Shown one piece after another: positions 29,641-39,684 of a DNA stretch of 64,000 bases. This stretch comes from an uncultured Opitutaceae bacterium (GTDB lineage: Bacteria; Verrucomicrobiota; Verrucomicrobiia; Opitutales; Opitutaceae): assembly GCA_964547325.1 (NCBI GenBank), contig CAZJNA010000002.1, positions 6,652 through 70,651 of the forward strand, given 5' to 3'. A program made the translations under genes and the position numbers. The notes beneath the pieces are model-generated. The model was not told where the DNA came from. It was given only the letters and a program-made list of their open reading frames with translations, and did not search any database. The stretch's first letter is position 1. Every line of letters starts with the position of its first letter.

Positions 29641-29954
29641 CGGCAGAGCCTTAAGCCCCGCGCGGCGCACCTCCAATCTTTTTATTGCCTCACAGTCAGC
29701 GTCCCCCTCATGCCCACCTGAAAGTGGGCGGGGAAGGTGCAGAGGAAGGGATAGTCCCGCAACGATTAGCGTCGGGCTAATGCCTGGCGCAGCGGGGTTA
29801 ATAGTCTGCGCGGCCTGCGGACGGGCGGTTGCAGTCGGGTCCGCTGGCTGGGAGAAATGCCGTAATAGGGCTTGAAAAAGACCGTGGCGTTCGCGAATTC
29901 TCATGGGAGCTTGGCGAATGCCGTAGCTGCCCATATCCTCTTCCTCACGCCTTC

Positions 29955-31199
29955 ATGCGTTTGCCCACATTTTCCACGAAATTCGCCCCCCTGGGCCGTT
30001 GCGCGATGGCGCTGGCCGGCCTCATCGCCCTCCCGGGCTGCCAGTGGATGCACATGGACGGCCGCCAGTCGACGATCGCCGTCGAGGGGCCGGTCGCCCT
30101 GGAGCAGCTCAAGGTCTTTTACGTCACCTGCTGGGTGACCCTGGTCATCTTCATTATCGTCGGCAGCATCCTGGCCTACACGATCATCAAGTTCAGGGCT
30201 CGGACGGAAGCCGACGCCCGCGCCATTGTCCCTGAACAGGGCCATGGAAACCCCTTGATCGAGGTCGGGCTCATCGGGGCATCCGTCTTTGCCCTGGCCA
30301 TCATCGCATTTCCCACACTGCACGCGATCGACTACACGTACGACGTCCCCGATAGCGAGAAGGCCTCCGCCCTCCAGATCGTCGCGACGGGCTACCAGTG
30401 GTGGTTCAAGTTCGAGTATCCCAACGAGCAGATCCCGGGCGCCGGGGTGGTGACCACCGGCAATGAGCTCGTCATTCCCGCCGGGCGCGCGGTCCACATA
30501 GATCTTCGCAGCGTGGACGTGATGCACAGCTTCTGGGTTCCCAAGCTCGCCGGCAAGGTGGACATGATCCCGAACCGGGCGAACCTCCTCTGGCTGAAGG
30601 CCGACCACCCCGGCTACTACTGGGGACAGTGCGCGGAGTTCTGCGGGGAGTCGCATGCGGTCATGCGCTTCCGGGTGATCGCGCTCGACGCCAAGGAGTA
30701 CGCCGACTGGCTGGCCCAGCAGAAGCAGCCGGCCCGCAGCGTTCCCGTCGCGTCGGACTCTGCGCCGAAGGCGCAGTTCGCCTCCCTCCGGACGTTCAAG
30801 CAGAACGAGATCGGCTTTCCCGAGGGCGATGCGCTCGATGTCACCCCGCTCGATGCCTGGCGCGCAAAGCAGTTTCCCGAGAAGGACGAGGATCCCGCCC
30901 TCATCGCGCGGGGCCGGGAGCTCTTCCAGGCCAAGACCTGCATCGTGTGCCACACGATCCGCGGGATTCCGTCGGCCGTCGGCGTTCGCGGGCCCGACCT
31001 CACGCACGTCGGCGCGCGAACGACGATCGCGGCCGGCCTCCTCGAAAACAACGCGGAGCAGCTCCAGCGCTGGATCCACAACCCGAGCCTGGTCAAGCCG
31101 GGCAACAAGATGTGGGTGGAGGGCTACCTTGTGAACCACATCACCCTTTCCTCCGATGACGAGGTCGCCCTTGTGGCCTTCCTTCGCAGCCTGAAATAA
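29955..31199 (+). CDS. coxB: Cytochrome c oxidase subunit II with fused C-terminal cytochrome c domain (caa3-type)
   Basis: CuA site CAEFCGESHAVM, a C-terminal heme c motif CIVCH, and a lipoprotein-like signal LIALPGC. Confidence 0.9.
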   Translation: MRLPTFSTKFAPLGRCAMALAGLIALPGCQWMHMDGRQSTIAVEGPVALEQLKVFYVTCWVTLVIFIIVGSILAYTIIKFRARTEADARAIVPEQGHGNPLIEVGLIGASVFALAIIAFPTLHAIDYTYDVPDSEKASALQIVATGYQWWFKFEYPNEQIPGAGVVTTGNELVIPAGRAVHIDLRSVDVMHSFWVPKLAGKVDMIPNRANLLWLKADHPGYYWGQCAEFCGESHAVMRFRVIALDAKEYADWLAQQKQPARSVPVASDSAPKAQFASLRTFKQNEIGFPEGDALDVTPLDAWRAKQFPEKDEDPALIARGRELFQAKTCIVCHTIRGIPSAVGVRGPDLTHVGARTTIAAGLLENNAEQLQRWIHNPSLVKPGNKMWVEGYLVNHITLSSDDEVALVAFLRSLK

Positions 31200-31212
31200 C
31201 CGACCCATTCCC

Positions 31213-33171
31213 ATGGCCGACGCACTCGCTAAAACCAATTTTCTGGGCCGGGAGGAGCATGCCGCCGCGCCCAAGCCCTTCGTCATCTGGCGCCCGACCG
31301 CCAAGACGGGCCTCATCAGCTGGCTGACGACCGTCGACCACAAGCGCATCGGCTTCCTTTACGGAATCTCGGCGCTCTTCTTTTTCCTCGTGGGCGGCGT
31401 GGAGGCCCTCCTGATCCGCATCCAGCTCGCGGTGCCGAACAACCACGTGCTCACCTCGACCCAGTACAACGAGATGTTCACGATGCACGCGACGACGATG
31501 ATCTTCCTCGCGATCATGCCTCTCAGCGCCGCGTTCTTCAATTTCATCATGCCGCTGCAGATCGGCGCCCGCGACGTGGCCTTCCCCCGCCTGAATGCGT
31601 TCTCCTTCTGGACCTTCCTTGCCGGTGCGATCATCATCAACCTCGGCTGGTTCCTGAAGAGCGGCGCCCCGGACGCGGGCTGGTTCAGCTACGCGCCGCT
31701 CAGCACCCGGACCTACACGCCCGGCCACGCGCTCGACATGTGGGTGATGGGCATCCAGCTCCTCGGCGTGGCCTCGATCGCCGCGTCGCTCAATTTCGTC
31801 ATCACGATCATCAACCTGCGGGCGCCCGGAATGACGATGATGCGCCTCCCCGTCTTCACCTGGATGACGCTGGTCACCGCCTTCCTCATCATCCTCGCCT
31901 TTCCCGCGATCACGATCGCTCTCGTCGAGCTGATGATGGACCGGCTCTTCGGCACGAACTTCTTCGAGGTCTCGAACGGCGGCATGCCGATCCTCTGGAC
32001 GCACCTCTTCTGGGTCTTCGGGCACCCTGAGGTGTACATCCTCATCCTGCCGGGCATGGGCATCATCTCCGAGATCCTGCCGACCTTCTCGCGCAAGGCG
32101 CTCTTCGGCTACCCGATCGTGGTCTTTTCGGGCGCCTCGATCGGATTTCTCGGATTTGGCGTGTGGAGCCACCACATGTTCACAACCGGAATGGGGACGA
32201 TGGGAACCGCGGCTTTCGCCGTGACGACCATGGCCATCGCGGTCCCCACGGGCGTCAAGATCTTCAACTGGATCGGAACCATGTGGGGCGGCCACCTCCA
32301 GATGCGGACGCCGATGATGTTCGCCCTCGGCTTCATCTGGCTCTTCATGCTCGGCGGCTTCTCGGGCATCATGCATTCCGCGGCCCCGGCCGACGCCCAG
32401 CAGCACAACAGCTATTTCGTCGTCGCCCATTTCCATTACGTGCTGATCGGCGGATCCCTCTTCGCGCTCCTCGCCGGCATCCACTATTGGTTCCCGCTGA
32501 TGTTCGGCCGGAAGGTCAGCGAATTCTGGGGCAAGCTCTCGTTCTGGGTTATCTTCATCGGCTTCAACGTGACGTTCTTCCCCCTGCACTTCGTCGGCCT
32601 GAACGGCATGCCGCGCCGCACGTTCACCTACGACTCGAACATGGGATGGAACCAGGGCAACATGGTCGCGACCATCGGGGCCTTCATCCTCGGGATCGGG
32701 GTCGCCATCTACTTCGGCGTCATGATCTACACCTACTTCAAGGGGGAAAGGGTCGGTCGCGATCCTTGGGACGCCCGGACGATGGAATGGAGCCTGCCGA
32801 ATCCCCCGCCCGAGTATAACTTCCGGACCATCCCGGAAGTCCACGCCCGCGACTCCTGGTGGTATGAGAAGCATCACAAGGCCGAGGTTGCCCAGGAGAA
32901 GGCGAAGCATGCGGCCGCCGAGTCGGCTCACGGCGGCATCCACATGCCCTTCCAGTCAATCTATCCCTTCATCGCCGGAATAGGGATCCTGATCGGGGCG
33001 ATCGGCATTTCCATCATCGATGCGAACCCCGATCCGCATGTGATCATCGGCCGAAAGCTTGCGGTGACCCTTGTGGGCTTTTTCGTCCTGGTCGTGTCCG
33101 TCTACCTTTGGGCCCTTGAGGGCAACGAGGGATACCACCTCCATCCCGAGGACGAGGAGGGCCATTCATGA
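31213..33171 (+). CDS. ctaD: Cytochrome c oxidase subunit I (with about 100-aa C-terminal two-helix extension)
   Basis: WFFGHPEVY-type motif (LFWVFGHPEVYILILP) and HHMFTTG; 652 aa. Confidence 0.95.
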   Translation: MADALAKTNFLGREEHAAAPKPFVIWRPTAKTGLISWLTTVDHKRIGFLYGISALFFFLVGGVEALLIRIQLAVPNNHVLTSTQYNEMFTMHATTMIFLAIMPLSAAFFNFIMPLQIGARDVAFPRLNAFSFWTFLAGAIIINLGWFLKSGAPDAGWFSYAPLSTRTYTPGHALDMWVMGIQLLGVASIAASLNFVITIINLRAPGMTMMRLPVFTWMTLVTAFLIILAFPAITIALVELMMDRLFGTNFFEVSNGGMPILWTHLFWVFGHPEVYILILPGMGIISEILPTFSRKALFGYPIVVFSGASIGFLGFGVWSHHMFTTGMGTMGTAAFAVTTMAIAVPTGVKIFNWIGTMWGGHLQMRTPMMFALGFIWLFMLGGFSGIMHSAAPADAQQHNSYFVVAHFHYVLIGGSLFALLAGIHYWFPLMFGRKVSEFWGKLSFWVIFIGFNVTFFPLHFVGLNGMPRRTFTYDSNMGWNQGNMVATIGAFILGIGVAIYFGVMIYTYFKGERVGRDPWDARTMEWSLPNPPPEYNFRTIPEVHARDSWWYEKHHKAEVAQEKAKHAAAESAHGGIHMPFQSIYPFIAGIGILIGAIGISIIDANPDPHVIIGRKLAVTLVGFFVLVVSVYLWALEGNEGYHLHPEDEEGHS

Positions 33172-34022
33172 GCAACGCTGCGGCAGGCGCCATCGACCAC
33201 CATTTTGACCCGAGCACGTCGACGGGCATACCGAACAAGAAGCTCCTCATGTGGGCGTTTCTTGCGTCGGACTGCATGTTCTTCGGCTGCCTGATCTCGA
33301 CCCACCTGATCTACCGCCTGCATCCGCCGCCCGGCGTTCCGGCGGCCCGGCAGGTGTTCAGCATCGAGCTCACGTCCTTCTCGACCTTCATCCTTCTGAT
33401 GTCGTCCCTGATGATGGCGCTGGCCGTCAACGCCATCCAGAAGGGCAACCTGAAGAGCCTTCGGGCGTCCCTCCTGACGACGATCTTCTTCGGCTGCATC
33501 TTCCTCGGCTGCCAGGTCTACGAGTTCAACAACTTCGTCTTCGAGAAGCACCTGACGATCACGAACAGCATCCTCGGGACCACGTTTTTCACTCTGACCG
33601 GCACCCATGGCTGCCACGTCGCCGTCGGCGTGTTCTGGCTGATGCTCATGTACGTCCGCAGTTTCCAGCCGCGGGACACGACCAGCGACAGGCGGTGGTT
33701 TCTGCGCAACGTCCTGCACATCCTGGCCTTCATCGCGACGATCCTCCTCGCGATGCGCCTGACTCTGGCGCTTGTCCGCGGCATCGAGGCCACGGGGGCC
33801 AACCTCGGCACGGTGGCCCATTTCGCCAGCATCTATTTCGCGGCGATCCTGGGGCTCGTGGTCAGCGGCGGCCTGCTTCGGTGGTTCGCGCGCCCCGCCG
33901 GCCCCGTCGCCTTCGACGAGGCCAATGCGATCGACGTCGAGATGATGGGCCTTTACTGGCACTTCGTCGACATCGTCTGGATCGTCATCTTCACGGTTGT
34001 GTACCTCCTCGAATACCTCTGA
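33168..34022 (+). CDS. ctaE: Cytochrome c oxidase subunit III
   Basis: The ATGA overlaps the subunit I stop. Motifs FFTLTGTHGCHV and YWHFVDIVW. Confidence 0.9.
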   Translation: MSNAAAGAIDHHFDPSTSTGIPNKKLLMWAFLASDCMFFGCLISTHLIYRLHPPPGVPAARQVFSIELTSFSTFILLMSSLMMALAVNAIQKGNLKSLRASLLTTIFFGCIFLGCQVYEFNNFVFEKHLTITNSILGTTFFTLTGTHGCHVAVGVFWLMLMYVRSFQPRDTTSDRRWFLRNVLHILAFIATILLAMRLTLALVRGIEATGANLGTVAHFASIYFAAILGLVVSGGLLRWFARPAGPVAFDEANAIDVEMMGLYWHFVDIVWIVIFTVVYLLEYL

Positions 34023-34032
34023 ACGCCCGATC

Positions 34033-34404
34033 ATGAGCTCTTCCGCCCACGCCCCCGCAGCCGGATCGCACGCGCTCGAGGAAAGCAAGTTCCAGATCTA
34101 CGTGCAGATCGCCATGCTCCTGGCCGTCATCACCGGCATCGAGATCATAACGGTCTACCTTCCCTTCGCCGTCCCGATCCTTTTCACGGTCCTTGTCGTG
34201 TTCTCGGCCGTGAAGTTCCTCTTCGTCATCTTCTTCTTCATGCACCTGCGCTGGGATCGCCCGTTCTGCACGATCCTTTTCTTCATCGGCCTGATCCTCG
34301 CAGGTGGCACGATGTGGGCGCTTCTGCAGCTCTTCGGCGCAGAGTCGAGCAAGCCCCTGTCGGCCGCCCTTATCGAGACGGTCCGCGTCGTGGCGGCGGC
34401 ATAG
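34033..34404 (+). CDS. Prokaryotic cytochrome c oxidase subunit IV family protein
   Basis: 123 aa, three helices, FFFMHLRWD motif, position after subunit III. Confidence 0.7.
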   Translation: MSSSAHAPAAGSHALEESKFQIYVQIAMLLAVITGIEIITVYLPFAVPILFTVLVVFSAVKFLFVIFFFMHLRWDRPFCTILFFIGLILAGGTMWALLQLFGAESSKPLSAALIETVRVVAAA

Positions 34405-34413
34405 GATTTTCGG

Positions 34414-35199
34414 ATGATCGACTGGGGATCGTGGCTCAACCAGCCGATCCTCCTCGGCGGATTCGTCATTCTCGCCTGGGCCTACGCGCTTGCCTCGGGG
34501 CCGCTGCGTCCCGGCCTCGCGCCCGGGATTCCGTTTCCACGCAAGAGCGCCGTCCGATTCCACTGCGGCCTGGGCATCCTGGTCCTGGCGCTGGGTTCGC
34601 CGCTCGACGGCATGGCCCGCACCTTCCTGTGCAGCGCGCAGACGGTTCAGGATCTTCTCGTCCTCTATCCGGCAGCCGCGCTGCTCCTCTCCGGCCTGCC
34701 CGGCTGGATGGTCGATCCCGTGCTCGGCCGGTTGCCCCGGCCGGTTGGCCGGACGCTCCTGGGCCCAGTCGTCTGCGGCGCCTTTTTTGTCATCATCGTC
34801 AGCGGATGGTATGTGCCGCGCCCCTTCGAGGCGGCTCTGGGCAATGGGGCTGTCCGTTCGCTGCGGGCGATCGCGTATCTCGCGGCGGCGCTTCTCTTCT
34901 GGTGGCCGCTTCTCAGCCCATCGCGAATCTTTCCGCCCCTGCGCTACGGGGCCCGCCTGCTCTATCTTTTCGGCATCGAGGTCGCGCTGACCGGGGTCTT
35001 CACCTACATCCTCATGGCGGACCATGCCATGTACCCGACCTATGCGCACGCTCCGCGGCTCATCGCGGCGCTTACTCCGGCCGAGGACCAGGTTCTTGCG
35101 GGCGTGCTCCTCAGTTTTTTCAGCTCTGTGGTCCTCGTCGGCGCCTTGGGCCTGAATTTTTTCCGCTGGGCCCGCTCGGACGCCAAGCCTCTGAAATAG
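34414..35199 (+). CDS. ctaG: caa3-type cytochrome oxidase assembly factor CtaG-like membrane protein
   Basis: Polytopic 261-aa protein directly after the cox structural genes. Call is based on family resemblance and position. Confidence 0.6.
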   Translation: MIDWGSWLNQPILLGGFVILAWAYALASGPLRPGLAPGIPFPRKSAVRFHCGLGILVLALGSPLDGMARTFLCSAQTVQDLLVLYPAAALLLSGLPGWMVDPVLGRLPRPVGRTLLGPVVCGAFFVIIVSGWYVPRPFEAALGNGAVRSLRAIAYLAAALLFWWPLLSPSRIFPPLRYGARLLYLFGIEVALTGVFTYILMADHAMYPTYAHAPRLIAALTPAEDQVLAGVLLSFFSSVVLVGALGLNFFRWARSDAKPLK

Positions 35200-35294
35200 G
35201 CCGCGCGGCTTGGCGCGCAGTGGACGGTGCGATTTCAAGGCGCCTACGATCTTGAATTCCGGTTCCGTCGCTCCCAATTTGGCTGCCCCCTCGC

Positions 35295-35322
35295 GTTTCC
35301 GCTTTCCGACATCCGCTTTCCG
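35295..35322 (+). repeat. TTTCCGC heptamer repeat cluster B, 9 nt upstream of the sugar permease ATG
   Basis: GTTTCCGCTTTCCGACATCCGCTTTCCG. Confidence 0.8.
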
Positions 35323-35330
35323 ATTCTCCC

Positions 35331-36431
35331 ATGGCGTCCCGCTTTCGAAGGCTCTTCGGTTTCCAGGAAAGCGGCCTCGTCCTGATCGTCCTCGTCCTGG
35401 GGATGCTGCTTGCCGCCTTCAGCGGATCGGTCCGCCTGCCGGAGTTCACCCGGGGGCCCGACGGCGCCCGCCGCCGCGTTTTTGAGACGGACGCTTTGGG
35501 GAACCGGGTCCCGGCTTTCGCCGTCCGCAACAAATTTCTCAACGCGCAGAACCTCGCCCAGCTGGCGAAGGACACGAGCTTCATCGCGATCATGGCGGTC
35601 GGGATGGGCATCGTCATCATCTCCGGGGGCATCGATCTCTCCGTCGGCGCGATCTATGCGCTCGCCTCGGTTGTGGGCGCGATTGTCCTGCGGCACTACG
35701 GGCCGGAGGGGCCGGCGATCGGCATCTTTCTCGGCGCCGCCGCGGGACTCGGCACGGCTGTTCTCTGCGGCCTTCTGAACGGCGGCCTGATCGTCGCCCT
35801 CAGGGTGCATCCCTTCATCATCACGCTCGGCGCCATGGCGATCCTGCGCGGGATAGCGTTCGTCGTCACCTCCGGCCAGTCGATCGGCGGATTTCCCGCC
35901 GGGTTCAGGCAGCTGGTGCGCTACGAGGTGGGCGACGGGCTCAGCCTGGTGCCGCTCGCGGTCATGGTGCTCGTCATGGTTGCCGGCTGGGTATTCCTGT
36001 CCCGGCTGGCCGCTGGACGGCGTGTGTACGCGATCGGCGGCAACGAGATGGCCGCGCGCTTCAGCGGGATCGGCGTCGGACGGTCCAAGCTTGGCGTCTA
36101 CGTTCTGTCGGGCCTGACCGCCGGCATTGCGGCGCTGCTTTCGCTGGGATACTACGGCGCGGCCACCTCGGGCGATGGCCAGGGCTATGAGCTCAATGTG
36201 ATCGCCGCCGCCGTCGTCGGCGGCGCAAGCCTCACGGGCGGCCGCGGCTCCGCCTTCGGCGTCGTCCTCGGCGCATTGATCATCCAGATGATCAGCAGCG
36301 GCATCGTGCTCCTGGGCATCGATCAGAATTACAGCCAGATCATCATCGGCGCGGTCGTCATCGCCGCCGTCGTCCTCGACAACATCAACACGTGGCTCGG
36401 CCGCCGCCGGCTCTCAATGACTTCCCCATGA
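35331..36431 (+). CDS. Sugar ABC transporter permease (RbsC/branched-chain-type fold)
   Basis: 366 aa, about 10 TM helices, motifs GGIDLSVGA and GGASLTGGRGS. Confidence 0.85.
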   Translation: MASRFRRLFGFQESGLVLIVLVLGMLLAAFSGSVRLPEFTRGPDGARRRVFETDALGNRVPAFAVRNKFLNAQNLAQLAKDTSFIAIMAVGMGIVIISGGIDLSVGAIYALASVVGAIVLRHYGPEGPAIGIFLGAAAGLGTAVLCGLLNGGLIVALRVHPFIITLGAMAILRGIAFVVTSGQSIGGFPAGFRQLVRYEVGDGLSLVPLAVMVLVMVAGWVFLSRLAAGRRVYAIGGNEMAARFSGIGVGRSKLGVYVLSGLTAGIAALLSLGYYGAATSGDGQGYELNVIAAAVVGGASLTGGRGSAFGVVLGALIIQMISSGIVLLGIDQNYSQIIIGAVVIAAVVLDNINTWLGRRRLSMTSP

Positions 36432-37381
36432 AAAACACCCTGCTCCTCCTCCTCGCCGCGTTCGCCGTTTCCCTGCGCGCGGCCGATGCGCCCCGTGCGC
36501 TGACGATCGGCCTCGTGGCCAAGTCCCAGGCAAATCCCGTCTTCCAGGCGGCACGCGTGGGCGCCGAGGCCGCCGCCCGCGACCTCAGCGCCAAGGACAA
36601 CCTGGCTATCAGGATCGACTGGCGGACCCCCAACGAGGAGGACGCGCAGAAGCAGGCGGAGGCGATCGAGCAGCTCGTGCTGGCGGGCGCCGCCGGCATC
36701 GCCGTCAGCTGTTCCGACGCCAACAAGCTGACCGACGCCATCAATTCCGCGGTGGACAACGGCGTTCCCGTGGCGACCTTCGATTCGGACGCGCCGAACA
36801 GCAAGCGTTTCGTCACCTACGGCGTGGACGACCTGAAGTGCGGCGAGCAGGTCATGGATGAGCTGGCCAAGCTCATGGACGGCAAGGGGGTCGTGGCGAT
36901 CCTTGCCGGGAACCCGAACGCGCCCAATCTGCAGCGGCGCGTGCAGGGCGCCCGGGAGGCTGCGAAAAAATATCCCGGCATCGTGATCCGGGACGCCTAT
37001 TACCACAAGGAGACGGCTCAGGACGCCGCGGCCAAGGTGGAGCAGGTCATGGAGGCCAATCCCGACATAACCGGCTGGGCGATGATCGGCGGCTGGGCGC
37101 TCTTCACCGACAATGCATTCAAATGGCAGCCCGGGACGGTCAAGTGTGTCTCCGTGGACGCGCTGCCGGCGTGCCTCGCCTACATTCGAAGCGGGCATGT
37201 GCCCGTCCTCCTGGCGCAGCAATGCTACGAGTGGGGCTACCGCTCGGTGGAGCACCTGGTCGACAAGATCGTGTTCAAGAAGGATCCGCCGGCCATCAAG
37301 GACGTGAGCGAACTCATTGTCGTCAACAAGGACAACGTGGACGCATACGCAAAGAATTGGGACACATGGCTGCCGAAGTGA
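36428..37381 (+). CDS. Periplasmic sugar-binding protein (RbsB-like, Peripla_BP_4)
   Basis: Signal peptide MKNTLLLLLAAFAVSLRAADA and an LacI/RbsB-type binding fold. The ATGA overlaps the permease stop. Confidence 0.85.
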   Translation: MKNTLLLLLAAFAVSLRAADAPRALTIGLVAKSQANPVFQAARVGAEAAARDLSAKDNLAIRIDWRTPNEEDAQKQAEAIEQLVLAGAAGIAVSCSDANKLTDAINSAVDNGVPVATFDSDAPNSKRFVTYGVDDLKCGEQVMDELAKLMDGKGVVAILAGNPNAPNLQRRVQGAREAAKKYPGIVIRDAYYHKETAQDAAAKVEQVMEANPDITGWAMIGGWALFTDNAFKWQPGTVKCVSVDALPACLAYIRSGHVPVLLAQQCYEWGYRSVEHLVDKIVFKKDPPAIKDVSELIVVNKDNVDAYAKNWDTWLPK

Positions 37382-37394
37382 GAAATGGCTGCGA

Positions 37395-37549
37395 GCGCAG
37401 TTCGACGATTGATGATCCTCCGGGGCTGCGCTTCGCAATTCCCAATCCGGTCGCCGCAGCCGGCCTTCCCCTCTGATGGGGGTCGGCCAAGAGGCGACCG
37501 ATGAAGCTCCGTTCATGCCCCTTCCGGATCATCAATCGTCGAACTGCGC
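37395..37549. repeat. 155-bp element bounded by 24-bp perfect inverted repeats (MITE-like / long hairpin)
   Basis: GCGCAGTTCGACGATTGATGATCC at 37395-37418 is the exact reverse complement of 37526-37549. The interior has further pairing (GGTCGCC/GGCGACC). Confidence 0.85.
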
Positions 37550-37573
37550 CTATATAATGGGGCGTTGGGCCTT

Positions 37574-39058
37574 ATGCCTCTTATAGAATTTAAGGGCATC
37601 ACCAAGCGATTCCCCGGCGTGACGGCGCTCGATGGGGTCAGCTTTAGCGTGGAGCGAGGGTCCTGCCATGCGCTCATCGGGGAAAACGGGGCCGGCAAGA
37701 GCACGCTCGGGAAGATCCTGGCGGGCGTGCAGACCGCGGATGCGGGCGAGATACTCCTGGACGGGAGCGCCATTGCTCCCGCGACCCCGCATGCCGCGCG
37801 CGCCCTGGGGATCGCCATGGTGCATCAGGAGCTGGCCTTCTGCCCCAACCTCAGCGTCGCAGAAAACGTCTGCCTTGGGGACCTGCCGCGGAGCCGTGCG
37901 GGGTGGGTGGACCGGACCGCGATGCGCGCCCGAGCCCGGAAGATGCTCGCCGCGGTCGGCGCCAGCATCGACGTCGACGCGCCGATGGAAAGCCTCTCGA
38001 CCGGCCGCGAGCAGCTCGCCCAGATTGCGGCCGCCATCGGCACGGGGGCCCGCATCGTCGTCATGGACGAGCCGACGAGCTCGCTGTCCGCCGGCGAAAC
38101 GCATGAGCTCTTTCGGCTCGTGCGCGAGCTGAGGTCCCGCGGGATGACATTGATCTATGTCTCCCACCGGATGGAGGAACTCTTTGCCCTGTGCGACAGC
38201 ATCACCGTCCTGCGCGACGGAAGACACGTCGCCACCGGGGCCGTCGCCGACACCGATCCCCACCGGATCGTCGGCCAGATGATCGGTCGCGAGCTCGGCG
38301 CGCATGAGCCCCGGCACATTGGCCATCACGCAGGCCCGGAGCGGCTCAAGGTCGAGGGCCTGGCGTCGCCCGGGCGCTTCCGCGACATCGGGCTCTCCGT
38401 CCGTTCGGGGGAGATCGTGGGGCTGGCGGGGCTTGTCGGGGCCGGTCGCAGCGAGGTGGCGCAGGCGATCTTCGGCCTGGATCCGGCCGCCACGGGCCGG
38501 GTGCTTGTGGACGGCAGCCCGCTGGAACTGGGCTCGATGGCCGCGGCCCTGGCGGCCGGCATCGGCCTCGTGCCCGAGGACAGGAAGCGGCAGGGGCTCG
38601 TTCTTTCCCTCAACTGCCGCGAGAACATTTCGCTCGCCGCCCTGCCGGACCTGACCCGATGCGGCTGGGTGAGACGCGGCATGGAGCGAGCGCTGGCTTC
38701 GCGCTACGCCGGCCGGCTGCGGGTCAAGGCGCCGAGCCTCGAGACGGTCGCGGCCTCTCTGAGCGGCGGCAACCAGCAGAAGCTGGCGCTCGCCAAATGG
38801 CTCGCCCGCGACTGCGGCGTCTTGATCGTGGACGAGCCCACCCGCGGCGTGGACGTCGGGGCTAAGGCCGAGATCCACCGGCTGCTCGACGAACTGGCCG
38901 CCGAGGGGAAGGCGCTCCTCGTGATCTCATCGGAATTGCCCGAACTGATCGGCCTGTGCGGCCGGATTCTCGTCATGCGGGCGGGCCGGCTTGCCGGCGA
39001 ACTGGCCCGACCGGACTTCAGCGAGGCCGCGTTGATGCGGCTGATGGCCGGCTTGTAG
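37574..39058 (+). CDS. Sugar ABC transporter ATP-binding protein (duplicated ATPase, RbsA-like)
   Basis: Two Walker A sites (GENGAGKST, GLVGAGRSE) and two LSGG signatures (LSTGREQ, LSGGNQQK). Confidence 0.9.
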   Translation: MPLIEFKGITKRFPGVTALDGVSFSVERGSCHALIGENGAGKSTLGKILAGVQTADAGEILLDGSAIAPATPHAARALGIAMVHQELAFCPNLSVAENVCLGDLPRSRAGWVDRTAMRARARKMLAAVGASIDVDAPMESLSTGREQLAQIAAAIGTGARIVVMDEPTSSLSAGETHELFRLVRELRSRGMTLIYVSHRMEELFALCDSITVLRDGRHVATGAVADTDPHRIVGQMIGRELGAHEPRHIGHHAGPERLKVEGLASPGRFRDIGLSVRSGEIVGLAGLVGAGRSEVAQAIFGLDPAATGRVLVDGSPLELGSMAAALAAGIGLVPEDRKRQGLVLSLNCRENISLAALPDLTRCGWVRRGMERALASRYAGRLRVKAPSLETVAASLSGGNQQKLALAKWLARDCGVLIVDEPTRGVDVGAKAEIHRLLDELAAEGKALLVISSELPELIGLCGRILVMRAGRLAGELARPDFSEAALMRLMAGL

Positions 39059-39123
39059 CCGGCCGGCGGCATCCCAAGCTTCGATCCGGGTCACGCTATA
39101 CGCGAAAGGACGCCGATCCGCCC

Positions 39124-39681
39124 TCAGCGGTACGCCGCGAGCATGGCGTAGACGATCACCCCGGTGACGGAGACATAGAGCCAGATTGGGAATGTGAAGC
39201 GGGCGAGCCGTCGATGGGCGGGAAACCGTCCGGTAAGCGAGAGGAAGAAGGTGATCAGGATCATCGGCAGGGCGATGACGGACAGGCCGATGTGGGAGAT
39301 CAGCAGGGTGAAATAGAGCGGACGGACCGCCCCCTGCCCGTGGAAGCGCATATCGCCGTGGAGGGCGTGGTTGGCGATGTACGTCACGAGGAAGACGGAA
39401 GAGAAGACGAATGCGGTGAACATCGCCGCGCGATGGGCGGGGATCCGGCGGGCGCGGATATGGCGATAGCCCGCCACGAGCGCGATGGCCGAGAGCCCGT
39501 TCAGGGCGGCGTTGAGTGCCGGCAGGAAAAGGAGGCGGGTTCCTGCGACGTCTGTCGGGGCGTGATAGTAGACGAGCCAGCAAAGAAAGAGGCTGGCGAC
39601 CGCGCTGACGGCGATGATGCCCGCCACCGCGCTCATCGGGATCCGGGCCTCGCCTGCCATGGAGGAATTCACGGGCGGCAT
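39124..39681 (-). CDS. DUF420 membrane protein (CtaM-like oxidase accessory factor)
   Basis: 185 aa, four to five helices, immediately downstream of ctaB. DUF420 proteins are linked to aa3 oxidase function in Firmicutes. Confidence 0.65.
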   Translation of the reverse strand: MPPVNSSMAGEARIPMSAVAGIIAVSAVASLFLCWLVYYHAPTDVAGTRLLFLPALNAALNGLSAIALVAGYRHIRARRIPAHRAAMFTAFVFSSVFLVTYIANHALHGDMRFHGQGAVRPLYFTLLISHIGLSVIALPMILITFFLSLTGRFPAHRRLARFTFPIWLYVSVTGVIVYAMLAAYR

Positions 39682-39684
39682 TTT

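Noticed and set aside
29641-29954. 314-bp parA/coxB divergent intergenic region as a structured RNA gene (RNase P, 6S, SRP), plus a repeated 9-mer AATGCCGTA at 29856 and 29917
   Set aside because: I could not find the conserved RNase P (GGAAAGUCCGGGC, GGUAAGGGUGAAAGGGUGCGGUAAGAGC) or SRP motifs. One hairpin (GCCCAC-CTGAAA-GTGGGC) is unremarkable. A single exact 9-mer repeat in about 300 nt has roughly a one-in-five chance expectation by my rough estimate, so I do not treat it as an operator without comparative data.
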